DNA of 64,000 nucleotides from an uncultured bacterium (GCA_903841185.1 CAIMIV010000070.1:2984-66983), one strand, 5' to 3'. Shown: positions 30,812-41,190, numbered from the stretch's first letter. Translations and numbers: made by a program. The notes: generated by a model not told the origin, from the letters alone.

Positions 30812-31420
30812 TTATTTTGCTCTCGGTAGAGCTGGGGGTGGGATTACAGTTCCCTCAGTTTTTTTAATCTCAATCTTGAAGGCCAGAGGTTTATTATCTG
30901 CACGTACCCACTGTCCATTTTTATCCTTTTCAACAATGAAAGGGAATGTTGTGACTTTGTGTTCAGTATAGACTGGATAAACCTCGCTGGTCTTCAAGTC
31001 CACACACATCACATATGTTCCATCAGTGTTTTTTGAACTGAATAACCCATTTGGCTCAGCTTGCTCGATTGCCACAATCCCACTGCTACTCCCACCAAGA
31101 TATGTCGGTTGTAGGGGGTTTGTAAGTTGCGTGTCAGCTGGAATAGCAAAGCCCATAGATGGACACTCATACCGGGTTACACCAGTAACAGATTCAATGA
31201 TTGAATAAGTGGCCACAACCTTAGTGGTGGTTATATCATAGATCTGTTGGTAAATATCCCTGGGGATGCTGTAGTCATAGATATGTACTGGCTGTGTTTG
31301 TTGATACATTTCTTGCTGCTTATTAACAATATGCCTGTCCTTATCCTCGGAAGTCTCAGCACATCCAGAAATCACCAGCAACAGCAAAATCATCGGAAAT
31401 AAAAACATTCTTTTTTTCAT
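30812..31420 (-). CDS. Lipoprotein of unknown function
   Basis: Lipobox ISGC; QAEPNGLFSS...GTYVMC. Confidence 0.75.
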   Translation of the reverse strand: MKKRMFLFPMILLLLVISGCAETSEDKDRHIVNKQQEMYQQTQPVHIYDYSIPRDIYQQIYDITTTKVVATYSIIESVTGVTRYECPSMGFAIPADTQLTNPLQPTYLGGSSSGIVAIEQAEPNGLFSSKNTDGTYVMCVDLKTSEVYPVYTEHKVTTFPFIVEKDKNGQWVRADNKPLAFKIEIKKTEGTVIPPPALPRAK

Positions 31421-31435
31421 TGCAAGCTTCCTCCA

Positions 31436-32134
31436 TTACTGAATTAGCCGTTTGACTTCCGGCGGAATTTGACTGCTTGGGATGTTGGTAGCTTCCCGTT
31501 TCATTTGCGCCAACAAAGCTCCTTGTTGAGCTCGCGCCGCATCAGCAACATTAGTTGAACCATTGGCTTCCGCCTCAGCAACCTTTGTTTGTAAATTGGC
31601 ATATTCCGTATACAGGTTTTGTAGCATCCCTTGTTTGGACTCGGTGTATTGCCGACTATGTTGAACCACTTCTCGATCGATGTTCATACTGATGATTCCG
31701 GTCGATAACAGAAACCATCCAAGCACAACAATGATCGCAACAATCAACAGACCTACCGGCAAAAAACGCATCACTGTCCAGCTTGCATCTTTAGCCACAC
31801 CATCTATTTCTTTACGCCATTCTTCCGACATTTTCTTTCCTCCAGATTTAAGGTTATTTTGATAGCCATGCTTCCACATCCTGTAAAATGAAAAATTTAA
31901 TCCAGCGGCAACCGCAAGCGAAATCCCTGCAAAAGCTGCACCGCTAACACTCATTAAATTAAAATATTCCTTCTTTTCTACAAACAAAAATGCAACAAAA
32001 CCAGCAAATATAGTTGCTAGGATTAAAAAGAACATACCTAATCGGAAATGCCTTTTGGCATTATTTTCACGTTCTTCTTCTATACGCAATGCCCATTTCC
32101 GAAGTGCATCTTCATCTATCAATTTTTCTCCCAT
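31436..32134 (-). CDS. Membrane/coiled-coil hypothetical protein (possible internal start at 31831)
   Basis: TM helices and coiled coil; GGAGG precedes the MSEEW start at 31831. Confidence 0.65.
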   Translation of the reverse strand: MGEKLIDEDALRKWALRIEEERENNAKRHFRLGMFFLILATIFAGFVAFLFVEKKEYFNLMSVSGAAFAGISLAVAAGLNFSFYRMWKHGYQNNLKSGGKKMSEEWRKEIDGVAKDASWTVMRFLPVGLLIVAIIVVLGWFLLSTGIISMNIDREVVQHSRQYTESKQGMLQNLYTEYANLQTKVAEAEANGSTNVADAARAQQGALLAQMKREATNIPSSQIPPEVKRLIQ

Positions 32135-32321
32135 TATTAGCCTCTTCCCATATTGTTAAAAAACCATTGAAACTTGGACATTCCAAAGTCTCCCTTTCTA
32201 TTTCAAACCACTGATTTTATATCCTATCATACATTACACTTTTTGTCAACATATTTTCCGGTAACCACAAAAAAACTCTCTCACAAATCATGTTGCAAGA
32301 GAGCCATTCTTCAAGTCGCCG

Positions 32322-32993
32322 TTACTGCTGCCCCATATGTTCCCGCAGGATCTCCATCTTATCGGCGATTTCGGGGGCAAATGCCAGTGCCGGTTTTTGG
32401 TGGTCGAAGACGAAAAGATGATCCAGGGATTTGAGTCCGCCGGCGTCCTCGGTATAGCTGCCCGCGTCCACTCGATAGAAAATGGTCAGCAGTTCCAGAA
32501 AATCCCGCACAACCATACCGCCCTTTGCGGCCGATTGCTCTATCAGCGCCGCTGTCTGGAAAACATCTTGCCTTCCTCGGATATATTTTCCAAGAGCATC
32601 CTCTTCAATCAGTGCTACGGCCAGTTTTTTGCTGGCTTCCGGAAAATCCAGCGCATCAAAAAATTCCTCGATTATTTGGACGGTATGGAGGTGCTGCTGG
32701 TTTTTGTCTCCGCAGGCAATGGCTTCCCGCTTGCCTGTGTCATGCAAGGCCAAGATCAGACGCAACATATTGATGTCACAATTTCCGGGCAAAACTTGTG
32801 TTCCAAAATAACGCTCGAATTGGCGCAGCACCATGAGAGTGTGCTGACCGATGGTATAGCCTTCCCACACTCCGGCATCCGCAGCATATATTCCCCCGAA
32901 ATCAGCGGCTAAAAATTGCAGCAACTTTTCCGGAGAGAAACCCTCTTCGAACACTGCCTGCAATTCTTTTTTGGTAAAACTTATTTTCTTCAT
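32322..32993 (-). CDS. HD-domain phosphohydrolase
   Basis: GQHT...LALHDTGK...H...D metal ligands. Confidence 0.75.
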   Translation of the reverse strand: MKKISFTKKELQAVFEEGFSPEKLLQFLAADFGGIYAADAGVWEGYTIGQHTLMVLRQFERYFGTQVLPGNCDINMLRLILALHDTGKREAIACGDKNQQHLHTVQIIEEFFDALDFPEASKKLAVALIEEDALGKYIRGRQDVFQTAALIEQSAAKGGMVVRDFLELLTIFYRVDAGSYTEDAGGLKSLDHLFVFDHQKPALAFAPEIADKMEILREHMGQQ

Positions 32994-33035
32994 ATCACTT
33001 TCTCCCTTAAATTAGGCCCGTTACATAATAATAAC

Positions 33036-33063
33036 GACTCCTCTGTGCAATGACAGAGGAGTC
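33036..33063 (-). terminator. Hairpin downstream of the small ORF
   Basis: gactcctctg...cagaggagtc. Confidence 0.6.
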
Positions 33064-33074
33064 GCGGTTTGCTT

Positions 33075-33224
33075 TTATTGCTTCATATTGCCCAGCTCGA
33101 TGGCGCGCGTGATTCTCATTTCTTGGCGTTTCCATTGCCGATCAGGCCGGAGTTCATATTTAACCAGATAGTATAGATCCGTCTCCCGTTTATCGAAATT
33201 TACAGCCAACACTTTGCAAGCCAT
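33075..33224 (-). CDS. Small protein, 49 aa (paralog of 43375-43533)
   Basis: AGGAG RBS; MACKVLAVNFDKRETDLYYLVKYELRPDRQWKRQEMRITRAIELGNMKQ. Confidence 0.75.
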   Translation of the reverse strand: MACKVLAVNFDKRETDLYYLVKYELRPDRQWKRQEMRITRAIELGNMKQ

Positions 33225-33262
33225 GATGCTTCTCCTGAAAATAATATTTTTTTATAGATTCT

Positions 33263-34225
33263 TTAATCCACCAGTCCCAGCCTTCTGAGCTCAAGCCTAG
33301 TCACCCCAGGAATGCCCAGTTGCTTGTGGCGAGTGGACCGCTCAATAATACGCACGAATTGAACGAGTTGCATTTCGTCATCCGTATAGCCCAGGATGCC
33401 TCTTAGCTTCCTTTCATCCCAACCGGCTTTTTCTCCAGTAATAACCCCTTGATCCAAATCTTCTTTGACCAGCCAGGCGATATTGCCCTCTCTTTCGAGG
33501 TCGCCATAGGAAAGTTGGATAGCAAATCCCATGTTTTTGGCCCAAGCATTCAATTCATTTTCGTCATTGTGCTTGTCGCCATTCGCTTTGAGATCCGCAG
33601 AGGGAATTTTTTCGGCAATTTTTCTGAAAACACCGGCCTCATATTTTTGGCCGAACCAGAGAGCGATTTGCCGCACTTCCATCTTGGTCAACCCGGCCAA
33701 AATATTATTATCTACCGCCCCATCCCCGAACTTGTCGAAGTAGCGCAGCAGAATGTCCTCTTCCGCGTTGCCGGTGCCAAAAATTCTCCCCCTCCCGCCA
33801 TCTACCGCCTTAGCGATGAAACCGGCCAAAGGAGTGGTGAATCTAGATTTGAGAGAACTATAGGCGCTCTCCCAGCCAGTCTCTTCGGCCTCCTGAGACC
33901 CTTCCTCAACCCAGTCCTGACCAAATTGTGCTTTACATTGTCGCAAGAATTCCTCATACAGTGGATTGGCATCGATAACTATGAGCTGAAAACCCAAAAC
34001 CTCTTGAAGCTTTCTTACGTCAGCCAAATGCTTAGGATCATTCTTTATGTCACGAAACATCGCCACCACGCGATCACGGCCGTATGCCTCGCACAAAATT
34101 GCAACCACGTCAGCAGAATCAACGCCTCCGGAAAGAGAAACATACGCCTTGTCACAACCGCGCCCAAAATCCAGGGTTCTTTTCTTGAGATATTCAATTG
34201 TTTCTTCAATGGGTTTTGTAAACAT
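33263..34225 (-). CDS. nadE: NH3-dependent NAD synthetase
   Basis: SLSGGVDS PP-loop, GTGN, DKFGDG, K.EV, PSADL. Confidence 0.85.
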   Translation of the reverse strand: MFTKPIEETIEYLKKRTLDFGRGCDKAYVSLSGGVDSADVVAILCEAYGRDRVVAMFRDIKNDPKHLADVRKLQEVLGFQLIVIDANPLYEEFLRQCKAQFGQDWVEEGSQEAEETGWESAYSSLKSRFTTPLAGFIAKAVDGGRGRIFGTGNAEEDILLRYFDKFGDGAVDNNILAGLTKMEVRQIALWFGQKYEAGVFRKIAEKIPSADLKANGDKHNDENELNAWAKNMGFAIQLSYGDLEREGNIAWLVKEDLDQGVITGEKAGWDERKLRGILGYTDDEMQLVQFVRIIERSTRHKQLGIPGVTRLELRRLGLVD

Positions 34226-34249
34226 ACCTTTTCTCCTGTTGTTTTTTGG

Positions 34250-34984
34250 TTATTCGTTATAGCGCCTCTTTTCAAATTTTTCTTCCTGACAGAAACACAC
34301 CTCCGCTTTGAATTGACTGGGAACAATGCGCAATTCTCGCGCCCCATAAAAAATTTTGTTATCAGTGACAACCACCGCATTGTTTCTTTTGATCTTCACC
34401 AGAATTTCCTGTTGTTCTATGGTCACATGAAACGGTTTCGCCGTGCAGATACCCGTCAAGCACCACAATGCACTGTTGAGAGGCAGAATAGTTCCGCCGG
34501 CATTGCGATTATAGGCCGTACTACCTTGAGGCGTCGCGATGATGATCCCATCGCCTTTCAGCTTTAGCGCTGAATATTCTTTCGTCTCCAGTTCCAATTC
34601 GACAACGCCGGTAGGATCAACAGATTTCACATAGATGTCATTGAAGGCGATGCCTTGCTCAATTTTTTCATCAGTGGTGATGGTTGCGTTCATGCCGTGC
34701 ATTGCAAACTTAATCCAGTTCTCTTCCTGCATTCTAGCAAGAAGATCCTCTGGACTTTGGATGACCCGATTGAGCAGGAAATTAATACTGCCCAATCCGA
34801 CACCGACAAAAGGTTTTTGCAGGTGATAATAGTCTCTTTCTGCTCCCAGAAATGTGCCATCACCTCCTAGAACCAAGATATAATCAGGATTGTTAAAATC
34901 CTCTTTTACGCCTAGCGCAAGCAGTTTCTTCCAAAAAACAAGCGCTCCTTCTTGATGACCGATTACCGGTAATATGTTCATCAT
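34250..34984 (-). CDS. nadK: NAD kinase
   Basis: LGGDGT, FND, GDG..IATPQGSTAYN..AGG. Confidence 0.9.
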   Translation of the reverse strand: MMNILPVIGHQEGALVFWKKLLALGVKEDFNNPDYILVLGGDGTFLGAERDYYHLQKPFVGVGLGSINFLLNRVIQSPEDLLARMQEENWIKFAMHGMNATITTDEKIEQGIAFNDIYVKSVDPTGVVELELETKEYSALKLKGDGIIIATPQGSTAYNRNAGGTILPLNSALWCLTGICTAKPFHVTIEQQEILVKIKRNNAVVVTDNKIFYGARELRIVPSQFKAEVCFCQEEKFEKRRYNE

Positions 34985-35109
34985 CCATCTCCTTATATTT
35001 GATTTTCAAAGAACTCATCGTTATCTGATTGCAATCAATTTGTAATCAGATATGGATGGACGAGAGAGAAAGATTTTTTCTCTCTCGTCACAGTTTTTTT
35101 AATAGATCT

Positions 35110-36354
35110 TTAATATTCACACTTTTCATTGAAAGTGTTTGCGTAACCGAAAAGTTTTTTATTTCTGGCCACTGCTTCCGGTTTTCCAATGGCCTTGGCC
35201 AGGTTGTCACTCAGCTTCACCGCCGGATTGCCGTCCGCCATGACCAACTTCATCACGATAGAAAGCGCTTGCACAAAACCGGTGTCATTGCTGAAATTGG
35301 TGCCCCAACCGAAGAGGACCTTGGCTCTGGCACGGAATTCTGCATTGATCCGGAGCATTTTTTCCGCCTTCAGGCCGTCACTGAAAAACAAGGTGCGGGT
35401 TTGCGTTTCAATTTCAAAGCGCTTCCACATATCCAGCACCCACCCACCGAATTCCAAGGGATCGCCAGAGTCTTGCCGGAATCCCATGGCCTGTTGCCCC
35501 AATTCCAGCGGGATGTTTTCCAGAAACTGCTTGGATCCGAAAGTATCCGGCAGGATTATGCGCGCCTGGCCGTTGAAAAGCTGAAACCATTTTTCAAACA
35601 CTTCATATTGCGCTTGCCAGGCCGCTTGCCGCCCCTCTTTCCACCTGATGGCGTTGAGCGCCATAGAGAGCTCATGTGCGTTAGTCCCTCCATAAGCCGC
35701 TCCCAGCTCCCGTGCCAAAGCCATATTAGAGACCGCCACGATTGTTTCCGGCATAATCTCCAAGGCCATCTGCGTCAGATGCTTTTCCCATGGACCGCTC
35801 AGACGTCGGCGCAAACCGAACTGCAAGGCCCGGACTCCTGTTCCTGCGAGCATTTTGGCTTTCTCCCGAAAACGCCGTTCGCCTTCAGCCATGACTTCCG
35901 CCTGACCAATGTTGCTTTCTGCCAATGTCTGTCTCGCGTACAGCTCATTGACGATAGGAAGAGCAATCAGCTCCCAAAGAGTGGTTTTTGCCCAATAGTC
36001 ATTGGCCGTTTCAATGGCCAGCTGACCATCGCCGTCACGATCAACCGTAATTTCTGAAAGCTCCAGCTCTGCCAAAAATTGAAGAAATTCTTCCGGATAT
36101 TTCTCGTTCTCGCGCAGATAGGCGATTTCATCTTTCCGGAATTTCAATTTGGCAGCCGCAGCTAGTTGCTCCCGCACTTTTTCGATGTCGACTGCTTCCG
36201 CAAGCCGCACTGAAGTGGTTCGATTCTTGAAAGCAAATTTTGTCTTCACCAGCGGGAAAAAATTCCAGATATAGTACAACATCCTGACTTTATAGGTATC
36301 CGTTTCTAACAGACTGCCCACAATAGGCTCATTCAAATCGAAAATGTTTTTCAT
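35110..36354 (-). CDS. pncB: Nicotinate phosphoribosyltransferase
   Basis: LLETDTYK, FGLRRR, GTNAHE, RQDSGDP, FSDGL, FGWGT, KLSDN..K. Confidence 0.92.
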   Translation of the reverse strand: MKNIFDLNEPIVGSLLETDTYKVRMLYYIWNFFPLVKTKFAFKNRTTSVRLAEAVDIEKVREQLAAAAKLKFRKDEIAYLRENEKYPEEFLQFLAELELSEITVDRDGDGQLAIETANDYWAKTTLWELIALPIVNELYARQTLAESNIGQAEVMAEGERRFREKAKMLAGTGVRALQFGLRRRLSGPWEKHLTQMALEIMPETIVAVSNMALARELGAAYGGTNAHELSMALNAIRWKEGRQAAWQAQYEVFEKWFQLFNGQARIILPDTFGSKQFLENIPLELGQQAMGFRQDSGDPLEFGGWVLDMWKRFEIETQTRTLFFSDGLKAEKMLRINAEFRARAKVLFGWGTNFSNDTGFVQALSIVMKLVMADGNPAVKLSDNLAKAIGKPEAVARNKKLFGYANTFNEKCEY

Positions 36355-36521
36355 CTCCTCTCCTCTTATTGGTTATTTAATTTCAAAGAACATATTAGAC
36401 CTATTACTGATTCTCCCTCTTGAGATCAGAAAGCTGCTACAAAAAAATTTGGTAGAAATTTTCCAGATCTTAAGTCTTAAAGTGAGCTATGGAAACCGAG
36501 GGTTCTCGGTCTCCATAGCTT

Positions 36522-36540
36522 TTGTGTATTTTATACACTA
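36522..36540. promoter_or_regulatory. NrtR operator upstream of pncB
   Basis: TTGTGT-ATTTTAT-ACACTA. Confidence 0.75.
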
Positions 36541-36569
36541 TCTCAGTTTAAAAAAATTTAGGCCTTTGA

Positions 36570-36767
36570 CTACTGCTGATACCGCTCCATCAGCTCTTCT
36601 GCTTTTTCAAAGTTGCCTAACCGCTTCAGGCGATTGACCACCGGAGCCAGTCCGTTTTTCTTGACTTCTTCCTCCAGGGTCATCACCTGCCCGCGCAGTG
36701 GAACAAACCCATCTGCCCAGCACCCAATTCCCAGCACCCGATTAGCTTTGTCGCGTACAATGTTCAT
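36570..36767 (-). CDS. Small hypothetical protein (65 aa) in the NrtR regulon
   Basis: AGGAGGAG RBS before MNIVRDK; has its own operator upstream. Confidence 0.7.
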   Translation of the reverse strand: MNIVRDKANRVLGIGCWADGFVPLRGQVMTLEEEVKKNGLAPVVNRLKRLGNFEKAEELMERYQQ

Positions 36768-36838
36768 TTTTTCTCCTCCTTGTTTAGGAAATATTGGAAT
36801 TTTTAAACCTAGTTTTATCAAAGAACCTTTTCTTTACT

Positions 36839-36857
36839 TAGTGTACTAATCACACTA
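36839..36857. promoter_or_regulatory. NrtR operator
   Basis: TAGTGT-ACTAATC-ACACTA, downstream of a minus-strand TTGACA. Confidence 0.75.
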
Positions 36858-36964
36858 ATACATATAAGTTAGCATACCCTCTAAATAGTGTCAATAGTAC
36901 ACCTGTGGATAACTTAAAAAGCGCTGATTCCATTTGGAACCAGCGCCTATAGTTGAATTGACAA

Positions 36965-37552
36965 CTAAAGATATAATTGATTTTTTTCCATATACTGCAA
37001 TACGGCTGGCGCAGTAAAAATTTGATTCTCTTTTTTATCGCGCACATTTTGCCGGATACGCGTACTGGAAATTTCCAGAATCGTTGATTCCAAAAATAGA
37101 CACTTTTCAGGATAGCGCATTTTTTCTTGCGCTACTCCTTTTCTAACGGCGATTAGAAATGGTTGATGATTCATCAACCACTCCCCTTCCTCCCAAAAGG
37201 CTTCTACATCACACGCCCCGGCAAATTGCCTGCGGGCAAGGAAATGATCCGAACCGCAGTACCACACAATTTCCGCTTGAGGAAATTCTTGTTGTGTCTG
37301 GCGAATAACCTCGATAGTGGGAACGGCCTGCTTTTTTTCGTAGGCAATTTCGATGGATTGATCCATGCCCAGTAATTGCGTCATCTGCCACCGATGGAGC
37401 ACGGCCGGCATCCCGGGTTTGTCCGGGCGCTCGCCGGAAACAATCCAGCGGACCCGGTCAAATTCTCCTGATTTTAAAACGGCTTCCGCTAAAAACTTAT
37501 GGCCATAGTGAGCTGGGTTGCTTGCACTCCCGCCTAAGGCAATTTTCATCAT
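36965..37552 (-). CDS. nadD: Nicotinate-nucleotide adenylyltransferase
   Basis: GGSASNPAHYGH (HxGH), CGSD, EISSTRIR, V..Y....LY. Confidence 0.88.
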   Translation of the reverse strand: MMKIALGGSASNPAHYGHKFLAEAVLKSGEFDRVRWIVSGERPDKPGMPAVLHRWQMTQLLGMDQSIEIAYEKKQAVPTIEVIRQTQQEFPQAEIVWYCGSDHFLARRQFAGACDVEAFWEEGEWLMNHQPFLIAVRKGVAQEKMRYPEKCLFLESTILEISSTRIRQNVRDKKENQIFTAPAVLQYMEKNQLYL

Positions 37553-37604
37553 AGTCCTCCTTTCTAGTTTTTTAGTGCCTATTTTGTCAAAGGACATCCT
37601 TATT

Positions 37605-37623
37605 TAGTGTATTATATACACTC
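37605..37623. promoter_or_regulatory. NrtR operator upstream of nadD
   Basis: TAGTGT-ATTATAT-ACACTC, just downstream of minus-strand TTGAAA-N17-TATGCT. Confidence 0.8.
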
Positions 37624-37761
37624 ATACCCTGAGCATAGCATATGCCCTACATAATTTCAAGTGCACTTTGTTCCCTATAATCTTATTCCCTACTAGTAAT
37701 TAAAAACCCACTGTCTTTTCTTTGAAAAGACAGTGAGCCACTTATACAGTGTTTTTACACT

Positions 37762-39489
37762 TTATTGCATGCGCATCCTCCATGCAACGCCCTGTCGCAC
37801 ATAGACCACCTGATTATCCCATTCCCCCAAAATCAAATCGGTGTTAATAAACTTGTCTTGAATTTTGTTAATGACGCCACTCGCCGGAACAAAAATTACC
37901 AGCTCGCCGTCATTGATGATAGTTGCCATCACGCCCTTGGGCAGGAGCGCCATATTCAGATCTGGTCCATCTACGTCGCCTATCCATACTTGATAGGTGC
38001 GATATTCCCGGTCAAACGTAAGTTCTACTTTTTGGTATCCACCGCTGGCGTTGAGTCCCACAAAAGCCATAAAGCGATTCCCAGCTTTAGCTGAGACTAC
38101 CCGCAATTTATCCAACTCCCGCACCCGCATTTGTGCGCAGGCTTTGTCACCAAAAGGAGCAATCACATGCATCGCCCCGAAGGTATCTTGGATGCCGACG
38201 CCATCAAACCATTGCGTCGCCTTAACCATAGCGCCCCACACGTGACCGACAGATAACATCGGTTTACCCAAGATCGTTAACGCCAATTCCGCCAGACCAT
38301 TATCCAACACCGCGAATAGCCGGTTTTCAAAGCGCATAATCTGCCTTATTTGAGCGGTCACGGTCAGCGTTTCGGCTAAAAAATTAGCCGCGCGCAGGTA
38401 ACTAAAGACAAACTGCCCCGCACGCTCCTCCGCCACCAGCCATCCCTCTTTAACCCGTACCACTTCGCAATCATTGGCGTGCGTCGTACCAATTTGGTTT
38501 CCGCTACCCAGATCTATCAATTTCCCAGATGCCAGCAGAGCCACCCCGCAAGGGAACAGTCGAATGACCTGGTCATTATTCGCGGCATAGATTTTCTCAT
38601 GAATGAGATTACCTATGGCCGTTGTAATCACCCGCGCAACAACCACCCCTTGCGCCATCGGCACGCCTTGCGCAAATGGAGATGGCGGCAACAACCGTTT
38701 TCCATCACGAAAGACTTTTACATACCAGTCCCGCAATGGCCCCGGTATCCCGGAAAAATCCCGCACGGCATGATTCAGTTTCACGCCCGGCGTAAACACG
38801 GAAGCATTTTCTTTCATCCGTCGTTCGAATTCCTGGCGCGCATATCCAGCCAACACCCCTTTATACGGATGGATGCCGGTGTATATTTGGAACGTTACCA
38901 CCCCCCAAGAGAACCAATCGCTGAGTTGCGTAAATCCCTTAGTGTGCCAATCGTGGATAGAAGGCATAATAACTGTCGCCGGCCAACGCCCGATAGCCCA
39001 AGAATCCACATCGATAACCCGCGGTTCAGGGTCGGTTGCAACATCCACCTTCGCCAACCAATTCAATTCATTAGCATCCACCAACAGGGCGCCGGCCTTA
39101 TGCGCAGTCAAAACTACTTCCCGCATCCGCTCCACCAGCGTGTTGGTTTGGGCCTGGGTAAATTGCTGCCTTGTCCGAAAGTCATTCGTAAATACTCTGG
39201 CTAAAGGCTCGCCCTCCACGGCGTCCATATAGCAACCGATGGGTTCGCCATTTTCAGCGCAGACAATTCCTTTCGGGGCGACAATATAGGGATGCCGCAA
39301 GGCAGTCAGGCTTTTGATTTTTTCTACCAGAGCATCACGCCGCATCCGTTTTGGGTCGGAATAGATCTTAATCGCTATTCCCCCAACAATATACACCGCG
39401 CCTTCCCCGCCGGTGGCCTTATGATCAGCGGGACGCAAAGTGATCGGCCTACGTCCGTCCAAGAGCACTTTCATATTTGCCGTCTTCAT
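37762..39489 (-). CDS. TerY-associated Ser/Thr kinase-like protein with beta-rich C-terminus
   Basis: GGEGAVY, AIKIY, DANELN, VIDVDS, SDWFS, GIHPYKG. Confidence 0.8.
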   Translation of the reverse strand: MKTANMKVLLDGRRPITLRPADHKATGGEGAVYIVGGIAIKIYSDPKRMRRDALVEKIKSLTALRHPYIVAPKGIVCAENGEPIGCYMDAVEGEPLARVFTNDFRTRQQFTQAQTNTLVERMREVVLTAHKAGALLVDANELNWLAKVDVATDPEPRVIDVDSWAIGRWPATVIMPSIHDWHTKGFTQLSDWFSWGVVTFQIYTGIHPYKGVLAGYARQEFERRMKENASVFTPGVKLNHAVRDFSGIPGPLRDWYVKVFRDGKRLLPPSPFAQGVPMAQGVVVARVITTAIGNLIHEKIYAANNDQVIRLFPCGVALLASGKLIDLGSGNQIGTTHANDCEVVRVKEGWLVAEERAGQFVFSYLRAANFLAETLTVTAQIRQIMRFENRLFAVLDNGLAELALTILGKPMLSVGHVWGAMVKATQWFDGVGIQDTFGAMHVIAPFGDKACAQMRVRELDKLRVVSAKAGNRFMAFVGLNASGGYQKVELTFDREYRTYQVWIGDVDGPDLNMALLPKGVMATIINDGELVIFVPASGVINKIQDKFINTDLILGEWDNQVVYVRQGVAWRMRMQ

Positions 39490-40366
39490 GATTTTCCTCA
39501 TCCTGTTGGGTTTCCACCCGGATGACCGCATAAGCGATGTCATCCATGGGACCCCTGCCGATTTTATGCAGATCTTTAATTCCGCGAATCATTCGCCGTT
39601 TAGCGAATTCCCCTGCCATATTTTTGAAGGCTAGAAATTCCCGCACCGCGTCTTGCCAAGTCACGCCATCGATCTGGCATACTCCGTCGGAAAAAACAGC
39701 TACGCAGGCAATCTCCTTTACCAGTTCTTCCGCTTCCAACATTAGCTTGATGCCGGCAATACCTTCTTGCGCAGAATGCATTCTGACCTGTTCCTGAACG
39801 CATTGCTCGATACCATCCCACAGCCACACCTCCTCTCGTAAACACTCCTCCGCAGCAATGCCTCCGTGCGCCCTAACAAACAACTGCATACCCAAAGTTC
39901 GATACGCTGGATAGAACGGCATGTTGTTATTCCAATCGAAACGAAACATGCGAATCGCTCCGGTGCGATATTTAATAGCCGCCACGCCGTCCCCTTCTAT
40001 GCGCACATATCCGCCACCGGGCGTCAACATAATTGAAATACAGGTCGCCAACAGATCCAACGGCGTTACACCCAAGAGAGTTTGAGTCGCCGTTAAGGCC
40101 TGCTCTCGCCATGCATCTACTTGCGGAAAAAATTGTTCCGTGAAAAGAATGGTTTGTTTTTTTTCTGCCTGCTTCATCGCTGTCATCGTCGTAAGCGCCA
40201 CTATGCGCGCGCCGATATCCGTACGTTCTCCGCTAGAACAACCATCAGCCACCATAGCATACGCTACCTCTGTGTCTGCTTCCGCCAGCGCATAATCTTG
40301 GCACGGCTTGCCGGTCGTCAAATGGGATTGTCCGATGTGAAAAAAACTATCGCCATAAAATTGCAT
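39449..40366 (-). CDS. PP2C-like phosphatase (TerY-P type)
   Basis: IGQSH....PCQD, VADGCSS, GDG, FSDG, DD. Confidence 0.85.
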   Translation of the reverse strand: MQFYGDSFFHIGQSHLTTGKPCQDYALAEADTEVAYAMVADGCSSGERTDIGARIVALTTMTAMKQAEKKQTILFTEQFFPQVDAWREQALTATQTLLGVTPLDLLATCISIMLTPGGGYVRIEGDGVAAIKYRTGAIRMFRFDWNNNMPFYPAYRTLGMQLFVRAHGGIAAEECLREEVWLWDGIEQCVQEQVRMHSAQEGIAGIKLMLEAEELVKEIACVAVFSDGVCQIDGVTWQDAVREFLAFKNMAGEFAKRRMIRGIKDLHKIGRGPMDDIAYAVIRVETQQDEENHEDGKYESALGRT

Positions 40367-40437
40367 GTTTTCCTCCTTGAAAAAAATACGGGCGGTGCAC
40401 AGATGTGTCACCGCCCGGTTAAGGTTACGCCGTTTAT

Positions 40438-41190
40438 TTAGATTACGGCCGCAATGTTTTGGCTGGGACCGCCTGTCCCGAGCGCCTGGCTTTGGCTAGA
40501 CACAGACTGAGAAACAAACTGTGCCAGCTTGGCTAATTTGCCCTTAGTCGCATCACCGATATCGATGAATTGGGTCATGCCCGCCTCATCTTTGAAAGCC
40601 TGCAATGCAGTTGCATATTCCGTAGCGTTAACACCGATCAGGACAGTCACAATAGACTCAACCTGCTCTCCCGCGATGGCTTTTCGGATTTCCTCCTTAA
40701 TCATAGCCAGAGAAGTAACAGAAGCATTGTCGTAACCGTCAGTAATCACAAAAGCAATGGCATTGACACCGAAATCTTGATCTGCCAGCTGTTTGCCATA
40801 GGCATTCATCGCACCGACGGCGCTGAAGACCGCATCGTTGAGTGGAGTCATTCCACCCGGACAAATATCCGGATACTGTGCCACGTCAATCTCGGCAAGT
40901 GGTTTGAATCCATGCATCTCGTTCACGCCATTCCGATATTGAGACCCGAATGTCACCACCCGCACCAACAGGTTGTCAGATCGCGGAGATCTCTTACAGC
41001 TCTCCACGGCAGCCACCAAAGCGGAGCGTAGATCATTTTCCCATCCAGCCACAGAGCCCGTTTCATCCACGGCAATTGTGACCAAGGTATATTCCGTCGC
41101 CCCAAGCCGTTCAATGCGCGCGCCGGTGTAGGTAAAATTTCCTCCACCGATCCGCCCCTCTTCCATTCCATCATCCATTAAGCGTGCCAT
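40438..41190 (-). CDS. vWA-domain protein (TerY-like)
   Basis: MIDAS-like VDETGS, GGMTPLNDA, FVITDG. Confidence 0.85.
   Translation of the reverse strand: MARLMDDGMEEGRIGGGNFTYTGARIERLGATEYTLVTIAVDETGSVAGWENDLRSALVAAVESCKRSPRSDNLLVRVVTFGSQYRNGVNEMHGFKPLAEIDVAQYPDICPGGMTPLNDAVFSAVGAMNAYGKQLADQDFGVNAIAFVITDGYDNASVTSLAMIKEEIRKAIAGEQVESIVTVLIGVNATEYATALQAFKDEAGMTQFIDIGDATKGKLAKLAQFVSQSVSSQSQALGTGGPSQNIAAVI

Noticed and set aside
33449-36057. Long plus-strand ORFs 33449-34567 and 35029-36057
   Set aside because: Antisense shadows of nadE/nadK and pncB; no motifs or RBS
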